Below, in pieces: positions 57,188 through 64,000 of a stretch of 64,000 nt of DNA. Both the position numbers and the translations under genes were made by a program. The notes beneath the pieces were generated by a model that was given only the letters and a program-made list of their open reading frames with translations, searched no databases and had not been told where the DNA came from. How positions within the stretch are numbered: the first letter of the stretch is position 1; the number at the start of each line of letters is the position of its first letter. The DNA is from Bdellovibrionales bacterium (lineage in GTDB: Bacteria; Bdellovibrionota; Bdellovibrionia; Bdellovibrionales; UBA1609): positions 64,001 to 128,000 of the forward strand of contig OZ241329.1 of the NCBI GenBank assembly GCA_965199825.1, read 5' to 3'.

Positions 57188-58276
57188 ATGATTTTTATTG
57201 CAGCCCTCTTTTATTTTTTCACCGCCCACGCCGCTCCACAGGTTTGTAATGAACAGCTGCAGAGTTTCCCGCCGGGTTATGGGATCACCACCGAAGACCT
57301 AAAGCTGATTGCCAAAAACTTACCCCTCAAGGTTGAGCGACTGATTGAGATCCAGAATTTTTTAAACCAAGCTGCGGACTTGGAGTACAAGAATTTTTTT
57401 ATTTTAATCATGAGTATTGGCGACAAAAGAAGCTCAAAACATTTTAACGAACTTTTTTCGAATTATTCAGATTACTACAAGCTTGATGATCAAACTAAAA
57501 AGGTTTATCTTAAAAAGATCTATATTGCTAATCGTATTTTCATAACTTTGGCGAACATCAGTAATAAGAGATCTGATTCCCAACGCCCATTGCTGCAGGC
57601 AGCGCTTGCGGCTGATCTGGGTGGGGCTCCAGAGAATTATTTAGGCCCCGGGATGTCACCTCGAGCCCTTACGATTGATCAGGTTCACAAACTTTCATTG
57701 GATATGATCAAAAATCCACGCGATACAATATTCAGATTATTTTCGGTGGGACGCAAAGTTGATTTGGAACTAAAAAACACATTCAAATGGATCTCAAAAT
57801 TAATCGAGGATTTTGAGCAATCCGCTGAGGAACTTGACGCCAGAAACTTGACCTCGGAATGTTTAGCCAAAGCGATGCTTGAGACAAACCTCTTCAAAGT
57901 GGATGAGTATTCCTTTTTGATTAAAAGCCTTCAGATCAGATTTACTACTGAGCTCACAGAGTATAAAAAAGCGGCCCAAATGATCGAAAAGTTGAATCAG
58001 CCAGTGGAACCTGTCGCCATACACAAAACGATTGTGGAAGTTCAGCTTGCACCCCCATCGCCTTTGAACAAAAAAGGTGAACGAAAAAAAAGAATGGCCG
58101 AACGCAAATTAGCAGAAGAGACGGAACAATTAGAGCAGCAAAAAGAATTTGAGGCGCTCAAGAAAAAACAGCGCAAAGAACTCAAACATAAGTCACCCGA
58201 GTTTTCGTTGTACTATGGCCCGCGACCCGACTCAATTTTCGACAAGACCAAGATTGATAGCTCGGATAATCATTAG
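57188..58276 (+). CDS. Hypothetical secreted helical protein
   Basis: Signal ...TAHA|APQVCNEQL; charged coiled-coil C-terminal region. Confidence 0.75.
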   Translation: MIFIAALFYFFTAHAAPQVCNEQLQSFPPGYGITTEDLKLIAKNLPLKVERLIEIQNFLNQAADLEYKNFFILIMSIGDKRSSKHFNELFSNYSDYYKLDDQTKKVYLKKIYIANRIFITLANISNKRSDSQRPLLQAALAADLGGAPENYLGPGMSPRALTIDQVHKLSLDMIKNPRDTIFRLFSVGRKVDLELKNTFKWISKLIEDFEQSAEELDARNLTSECLAKAMLETNLFKVDEYSFLIKSLQIRFTTELTEYKKAAQMIEKLNQPVEPVAIHKTIVEVQLAPPSPLNKKGERKKRMAERKLAEETEQLEQQKEFEALKKKQRKELKHKSPEFSLYYGPRPDSIFDKTKIDSSDNH

Positions 58277-59431
58277 GCTCGAATTGCCCTGATGCTCACA
58301 GCTAAAATTATTTTTTTCTAAAAATTTTAAAACAGTTAAAGCGTCGCCGTGGATCGAACCCCCGGCTTCACAAATCAAAAACCGCACCCGTTTTAGTAAA
58401 TCAGGCTCAGCCATCAAAATCGCCTGCTCAGAGCCTTCCACATCAACCTTTAGAATATCAATCACCGGATTTTTAAAATGATCAAAAATATTTTTTAAGG
58501 TTGTGACTTCAACTCGCTCAGAAGTTTTGGAGTTAGATTCTGGAATATGGAGTCGATGTCCGCCCGTATTGTCCTCGCTTAAGTGGAGTTCGGCATGGCC
58601 TGGGCGATCCGACACCGCCATCTGAAACGGGCTTATATTATCAAGTTGATTGAGCGACATATTTTGTTTGATGAATTCGAAATTTTTTGAAAATGGCTCA
58701 TAAGTTTCTATCATTGATTCGTTGCTGACCAGTTTGCTTAAGAGTACCGAAAAACCTCCAATATGCCCGCCGATATCGACCGCTTGAATTCGCCCACTGA
58801 TCCGAGGCTCAAGCCACTGGATATAATCACTATAGCATTCCCCGATCACATCCCGATCAATCGTATGGGGACGAATGTAAAACTGAGTTTCGAGCGGGCC
58901 CAAAATTTTTGTTTCGGTCTGGTTTAAAAATTGATCTAAAAAGACTTGGAGATTTGTCGACTGAGCTTCTGATTGAGACTGAACCATAAAGAAATTGGGA
59001 TTTTCATAAATTGATTTCCAGTGCCTTTGCTTTTGCGAGATCAATTGAAAAAGAGGCCCTAAAAATCCGATCTGCAAAATAATGAGAGTGTAATCGGTTT
59101 CGGGCTGTGCGTCGCTGTAACCCACAAACTCAATATTTTTATTTTTAAAAAGTGGTAGGAGTCGAACAAAAACCGGCTTCAAATAACTCGGTACCATGAC
59201 CTTGCCATGGAGTCCGGGGGCCAATTTTATAAATTGATTGAACATCCCAACGCTTGCCGCATCTCCGGACTGCTTTTTAAAAATAAACCGACAGGCCCAA
59301 GGCCAACAGAATGGCACAAGTTGTCCTACAACCAACAACAATTGGGTAAATAAATAATTGAGCACTCGAATGCTCGTTTTGAATACGCCAACTTCGCGAC
59401 CATAGACTAATAACGAATCAATGCGATTCAT
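58232..59431 (-). CDS. FkbM-family methyltransferase with N-terminal extension
   Basis: VDIGGHIGGFS, YEP, MAVSD and LKVDVEGSE motifs. Confidence 0.88.
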   Translation of the reverse strand: MNRIDSLLVYGREVGVFKTSIRVLNYLFTQLLLVVGQLVPFCWPWACRFIFKKQSGDAASVGMFNQFIKLAPGLHGKVMVPSYLKPVFVRLLPLFKNKNIEFVGYSDAQPETDYTLIILQIGFLGPLFQLISQKQRHWKSIYENPNFFMVQSQSEAQSTNLQVFLDQFLNQTETKILGPLETQFYIRPHTIDRDVIGECYSDYIQWLEPRISGRIQAVDIGGHIGGFSVLLSKLVSNESMIETYEPFSKNFEFIKQNMSLNQLDNISPFQMAVSDRPGHAELHLSEDNTGGHRLHIPESNSKTSERVEVTTLKNIFDHFKNPVIDILKVDVEGSEQAILMAEPDLLKRVRFLICEAGGSIHGDALTVLKFLEKNNFSCEHQGNSSLMIIRAINLGLVEN

Positions 59432-60398
59432 CGGCCACCCGAATCTGATTCAACCGCAATGAGTTTAAACCAATGTGTTGATCTGTATTGGTCATCACAA
59501 AAACTTTTGAGTTGGCCCCCCGGGCGATTTTTTTAACAACTGCAAATGCACCATTGACCTCAATTTCAACTTTACGATGGCTTAGTAAACACGAATTTAA
59601 AAAATCAATAACCGCTTGTTCAAAGGACGAATCTTTAAGGGGCTTCGGCTCAAGAGTTAAAATCGAATCTGTAATCACCGAATAAAGTGAGATATCCACT
59701 TTTTCACCATTGTCTTTTAAAATACGCACAAAAAGTTGGTGCGGGTCTTCGATATCGTCAAACGCTTCGTCCAAATCTTCGGGATCTCGAGGATCAAAAA
59801 CTCCAAGATTTTCTCCTTGGATTTGTATGAGCTTATGGGGCTCAGTTTTGTAAGTCAGAGTGACATGATGAGGCAGCGAAAGGGGGTCGGCCAATTTTTC
59901 ATAGACTTCCGACAAAAGCGTAAAGGAGATCATTTTTTGGTGTAAATAGAAACTATTTGTGTCGACGTTTTCGAAATATTGAGCGAAGCCGTCTTGAGTA
60001 ACGAATGCTGGTTTGTGCATTTTATCAAAAAACACATATTTGATCACCCCCACTCGCGCCTCATACCCATGATCGATTAAAGTTCTAAAGCTGATAGGCC
60101 AATTGTTTTTTTGTGACAATTCAAAGGCTGCAAAAAGGGGTTGCGATTTTTTATCTCCATGGGGAGCGGCTGCGGGCTTGATCGATTCAATCACAATTTG
60201 ATTAAGCTCAATCAAATGATCTTTTCCGCTATCGCCCACAACCGCAACATGATTTTCGCCGAACTCAATAAGAGTTCTCAAATTGGGTTTGAGTTCATTT
60301 ATATATTGAAAAATAAAGTGATCGCCGCGCTGAAGTTGAATCGCGCAGGCATCGTGTGCCAGCGCTGGCTGAAGCAATAATGCAAATACAAAAAACAT
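59418..60398 (-). CDS. Hypothetical secreted protein with repeated small beta-rich modules
   Basis: Signal ...PALA|HDACAIQL; approximately four degenerate repeats. Confidence 0.7.
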   Translation of the reverse strand: MFFVFALLLQPALAHDACAIQLQRGDHFIFQYINELKPNLRTLIEFGENHVAVVGDSGKDHLIELNQIVIESIKPAAAPHGDKKSQPLFAAFELSQKNNWPISFRTLIDHGYEARVGVIKYVFFDKMHKPAFVTQDGFAQYFENVDTNSFYLHQKMISFTLLSEVYEKLADPLSLPHHVTLTYKTEPHKLIQIQGENLGVFDPRDPEDLDEAFDDIEDPHQLFVRILKDNGEKVDISLYSVITDSILTLEPKPLKDSSFEQAVIDFLNSCLLSHRKVEIEVNGAFAVVKKIARGANSKVFVMTNTDQHIGLNSLRLNQIRVADESH

Positions 60399-60404
60399 TT
60401 GAGA

Positions 60405-61877
60405 TTAATCCTTTGTGGTCAGCTTTTCTTGCAGCGCTAATGCTGCAGAATAAATACGATCTTTTTTTGAGGGGTCCATCTTGGCAACCGTTCGTGCCAT
60501 CATCGAGAGGCGCGGATTCTTCATAAAATAGTCGCTGTGTTTTTCGATAAATCTCCAGTACAGCCCATCCACTCCATCGCACCAATCGCCTTTTTTATAG
60601 CCCCCCATTTTGCGATAATAGTTTGATCCACAAATATAGGGTTTGGTCGCAAAAATTCCGCCATCACTAAAAATCGCCATGCCGTAAACGTTGGGGCCCA
60701 TCACCCAGTCCGAAGAATCAATAAACATTTCCATAAACCATCTGTGAGCTTCGTGGGGATGCACCTCAAGAAGAAGCATCAAAGATCCCACCACCATCAA
60801 GCGCTCAATATGATGGGCATAGCCATAGGTCGAAACTTTTTTTAATACGGTATCGAGTGGAGGAATTCCGGTTTCTGCCTTGTACCATTGGTCATTGAGT
60901 TTTCTTGTGTGCTTAAAGAAATTCTTTGAGTCTTCTTCTTCACTATAATTTTGATAGATGCCGCGGATAAATTCGCGCCAGCCTATGATTTGCCTCACGA
61001 ATCCTTCCAAGGAATTCAGCGGAATTTTATTTTTGCGACCAAAACTGATCACCTCGCTGATCACTTCGCGCGGAGTTAAAAGTCCGGTGTTGAGATAGGG
61101 GGTGAGCACAGAATGATTCAAAAATGGAAAATGATCTGAGAGGGCATCTTCGTAGGGACCAAATTCTTTGAATCTCTCTTTTAAAAATTTTTTGAGATGG
61201 TTAAAGGCCTCGGGCTTTGTTGTGGCTAACCACACTTCTGAAGATCCCGGATGACTTTTAAAGGTCTTTTCAACGAGCGTTCGCACCTCATCATCAATTT
61301 TGTCGGCTTGGTATTTTTCGAGAGCAGGAGCTACGTAATTTTTGGGTAAACTTTTTCTGTTGTCTTCATCAAAACTCCACTGCCCACCAGTGGGCTGAAG
61401 CTCTTTATCCACCAATATATTTAAGCGCTTTCGTTGAGCTTCATAAAAATTGCGCATAAACGGTTTTTTGGTTTTTCGTAAATAAGATTTAAATTGAGCT
61501 CTTGTGGTTAAAAACATAGGGCTTGGAAGCTCTTCGTATTCAACTTCATTTTTATTTAAAGCATTTGCGATGCGGGTTTCAAAAAATTTATCTTCGATTT
61601 CGAAACTTGAAATCTTTTTGATTTTTTTTTGCTTTAAAAAATCAATCAAAGACTCCTCGTACGAGACCTTACTAAAGGTCTCGTAGTGCACAGAGATCCC
61701 TCGCGAACGAAGGTCTGCGGCATATTTTCGCATCGCACTTAAAAAGAAACTGATTTTAAGCTTGTGATATTTAAAATGACTGCACAGATCAATATCTTCA
61801 CGCATAAAGACATGAGCATCTTGAGGAATCAATTTGGGATCAAACAGCTGATTACCAAGAATTAAAAAACCAAGCAC
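60405..61877 (-). CDS. Cryptochrome/photolyase family, bacterial (6-4) photolyase (PhrB-related)
   Basis: ILGNQLF, HKLK, MRxFY, GGQWSFDEDNR, FGPYEDA, EGFVRQIIGWREF, YAHHIERLM and WVMGPNVYGM motifs. Confidence 0.93.
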   Translation of the reverse strand: MLGFLILGNQLFDPKLIPQDAHVFMREDIDLCSHFKYHKLKISFFLSAMRKYAADLRSRGISVHYETFSKVSYEESLIDFLKQKKIKKISSFEIEDKFFETRIANALNKNEVEYEELPSPMFLTTRAQFKSYLRKTKKPFMRNFYEAQRKRLNILVDKELQPTGGQWSFDEDNRKSLPKNYVAPALEKYQADKIDDEVRTLVEKTFKSHPGSSEVWLATTKPEAFNHLKKFLKERFKEFGPYEDALSDHFPFLNHSVLTPYLNTGLLTPREVISEVISFGRKNKIPLNSLEGFVRQIIGWREFIRGIYQNYSEEEDSKNFFKHTRKLNDQWYKAETGIPPLDTVLKKVSTYGYAHHIERLMVVGSLMLLLEVHPHEAHRWFMEMFIDSSDWVMGPNVYGMAIFSDGGIFATKPYICGSNYYRKMGGYKKGDWCDGVDGLYWRFIEKHSDYFMKNPRLSMMARTVAKMDPSKKDRIYSAALALQEKLTTKD

Positions 61878-61889
61878 AAATCGATTCCT

Positions 61890-62324
61890 TTATGCCTGGA
61901 CGTCGAATTGAAATTGAATCTGGGTTTTTACCGAATTCAGAATCAGACAATTTTTTGTGGTCCGTTCCAACAAGCGCTGAATGCTTTCGACTTTTGATGC
62001 TCCCTCAACAGTTACGGTAAGCAAAAATTTTGACATCCATGGATGCCCGTCTTCACCGCGATCCACTTGGAGAAGACCCTTGGTTTTAAGTTTCGAGTAG
62101 GTCAGTCGTGATTTTTCGGCAAAAACTTTGAATGACGCCACAAAACAATTTTGCAATGCCATGGCGTAAAGATCTTCAGGGCTCAATCCACCACCAGGTC
62201 CATCAAATTCCTTTGGGATGCCCATCTTAATCGGTTCTGCGGGGGGCGCGGTGGAGGTCCATAAGGGCTGGATGCCTGCGGTCGTTTCGGCATTAACGTT
62301 AAATGTAAGGGGATATTGAACCAT
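61890..62324 (-). CDS. OsmC-family protein
   Basis: PKEFDGPGGGLSPEDL...C and second Cys in CLILNS. Confidence 0.9.
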   Translation of the reverse strand: MVQYPLTFNVNAETTAGIQPLWTSTAPPAEPIKMGIPKEFDGPGGGLSPEDLYAMALQNCFVASFKVFAEKSRLTYSKLKTKGLLQVDRGEDGHPWMSKFLLTVTVEGASKVESIQRLLERTTKNCLILNSVKTQIQFQFDVQA

Positions 62325-62428
62325 TTAAAAAAACCTCCGTTACATTGGATTTAAGGAAAACAATTTGATTGGTCAATCTTAACAGATTCCTAATTTTGTC
62401 CTTTATAAAGTATGGGTCAGACTGAAGC

Positions 62429-63427
62429 GTGCAAAACATTTTTTTCACCCTCCTTTTGGTCATTCATCCCGCCTTTGCTAAAACTTGTAGCGACGCCCTG
62501 AGTGGCATCGAACACCACTTTAAGGATTGGCAAGCCGAACGCCGAAGCTTCAATCTCCACCGCGTGCCGACCGCACGATTACGAGTTGCCACTCTCAATC
62601 TTAATTTGATCAATGGCATTTTCGTACGAAATCCCATTTATACTCAAAACAACCCAAATGTTCTTGAAGGCTTAAAAAATTATCTTCACTCGAATGAAGC
62701 ACCTGACATTGTGGCGGCGCAAGAAATTTGGGAGCGCAAAGATCATCACGCAATTTTAAAAATTGCACTGGAGGCGGGCTTTGCTCCCGCGGTGACCGAT
62801 GAAGATCAGATGATTCAAACCGGGCTTCAAATCTTAATCAAACAAACAATTCTTCAATCGCCCGCACAATCGGAATTTAGGGCCTTTTTGTCGACCAACA
62901 ACAAATGTGTGAGCTCCAGTTGGGAAAAGATGGGACGAAAGCAGCGTGGAGTTCTGATTACCGAATTGAATTTGAAAGAGGGTTTAACATTGAGATTCAA
63001 AAACACTCACCTTACCCCCCTCAACTGCCATGGCAAAACCCGCGAACAACAAATTGAGGCGCTCAAACAAATTGCAATGACCCAAAAAAAGCGAAATTTT
63101 GAAATCTTGGTGGGCGATATGAATATCGCGGCTGAAGGTGTTGAAAAAGACTTAAGCACTTATCAAAGTCTTTACTCCCAACTCGGTATGATCGACAGCT
63201 TTCGTGCGGTCTCAGATGAGTTTGGCTCGACCGTCAATCGAGCCTTTCCCCAAACCGTAGCATTACGACTCGGAAAATTGATCGATCGACGAATCGATTA
63301 TATTTTGATCGATAAGGCTTCGGATAGGAATATTCAAATTCATAATTCCAAGGTGATCTTTGATAATCGTCATCAAAAAGCGATCTCGGATCACTACGGA
63401 GTCGAAACAGCATTTGAAATTTTTTAG
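62429..63427 (+). CDS. Secreted endonuclease/exonuclease/phosphatase (EEP) family hydrolase
   Basis: VATLN, DIVAAQE, NTHL, VGDMN, RIDYI and SDHYGV motifs; signal ...PAFA|KTCSDAL. Confidence 0.9.
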   Translation: MQNIFFTLLLVIHPAFAKTCSDALSGIEHHFKDWQAERRSFNLHRVPTARLRVATLNLNLINGIFVRNPIYTQNNPNVLEGLKNYLHSNEAPDIVAAQEIWERKDHHAILKIALEAGFAPAVTDEDQMIQTGLQILIKQTILQSPAQSEFRAFLSTNNKCVSSSWEKMGRKQRGVLITELNLKEGLTLRFKNTHLTPLNCHGKTREQQIEALKQIAMTQKKRNFEILVGDMNIAAEGVEKDLSTYQSLYSQLGMIDSFRAVSDEFGSTVNRAFPQTVALRLGKLIDRRIDYILIDKASDRNIQIHNSKVIFDNRHQKAISDHYGVETAFEIF

Positions 63428-64000
63428 CTTGGTAAAAGAGATTCGCTGGTGGCAGGTGCATCTCGCACCGTTTGAAGAGTGGCATTACTTCTAAGAACAA
63501 TGGCCGCCAAGACCTGCTTTTCTGACCGCCACATCAAAACATCCACCGAGATTTTAATTCTTTGGGTTTGGGCCGAAAAGTTTTCGAGCAATAAAGTTAA
63601 CGACAACAACCCAGCAATTTCTTCGAGTTTGTTTTCGTGATGAATGATTTCATTCAGCTGACTTGGATGAGCATAAGCACTCGAAAACAACTCAGGCCCA
63701 ACCTTAAAATCCTTGGACCAATACGACCACTCTAAACTTGAAGCCCTAAAATGCCGGATCGAGTCTCTAAGCGAAGTCGCACTCTGATTGACGCTCGCAA
63801 AGTATCGAAAAGGATAATCCACCGCACCAAGAGCCATCAAAAAACAAATCTGAAATGGAATGTGACTAAAACCTTGTTGGGAAGCCATCGGGCTAAAAAT
63901 CAAAAACAGAAGGTAGACGTCTGCGACTAACGAGATCATCAATCCAACGTTGGAATACATCAAAAAATTTTCTAAGCGTCTGCCTTGGGACTGGCGATCG
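63424..64000 (-). CDS. Hypothetical membrane protein, C-terminal part; start lies beyond the window
   Basis: The frame of the 63424-63963 ORF stays open to the window edge (DRQSQGRRLENFLMY...); two hydrophobic segments. Confidence 0.6.
   Translation of the reverse strand, partial: DRQSQGRRLENFLMYSNVGLMISLVADVYLLFLIFSPMASQQGFSHIPFQICFLMALGAVDYPFRYFASVNQSATSLRDSIRHFRASSLEWSYWSKDFKVGPELFSSAYAHPSQLNEIIHHENKLEEIAGLLSLTLLLENFSAQTQRIKISVDVLMWRSEKQVLAAIVLRSNATLQTVRDAPATSESLLPS

Noticed and set aside
1..64000. CRISPR array, prophage, IS or integrase, rRNA, recognisable anti-phage defence genes
   Set aside because: No regularly spaced repeats or diagnostic motifs seen by eye; very short or degenerate elements could have been missed.

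Overview
Gene-dense bacterial chromosomal segment that looks like a Bdellovibrionota (Bdellovibrio-like predator) genome. This is inferred from a Bd1075-type LD-carboxypeptidase-NTF2 gene next to an orphan fliL, a YQNC-type signal peptide, an orphan FliG-C protein, an AgmX-like protein and GldAFG/DUF4340 genes. About 1-49 kb is mostly core genome: the Lhr helicase/ATP-dependent ligase/MBL exonuclease repair cluster, an olsB/olsA-like acyltransferase pair, tRNA-Met, an RsmB-family methylase, nrdR-nusB-ppsR, an M16 protease pair, cmk-rpsA-sppA, a degenerate hydantoinase pair, ilvA, tmk-holB-tatD-gap-pgk-tpiA, secG, a ParB-like/SplB-like pair, a Gld-type ABC operon and an NFACT protein. About 49.9-64 kb, around tRNA-Arg(CCT), is rich in orphan exported proteins. 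The most interesting signal is that five unrelated Sec-exported orphans, including a minimal protein-kinase-like protein and an EEP-family hydrolase, share a short terminal C-x-x-x-L tag, a candidate undescribed effector-sorting signal. Also notable are a ~119-nt three-way-junction structure that pairs with the tRNA-Arg 3' end and recurrent leaderless-type promoters. No CRISPR array, rRNA, integrase or transposase was seen. All family calls come from motif recognition by eye, not from database searches.
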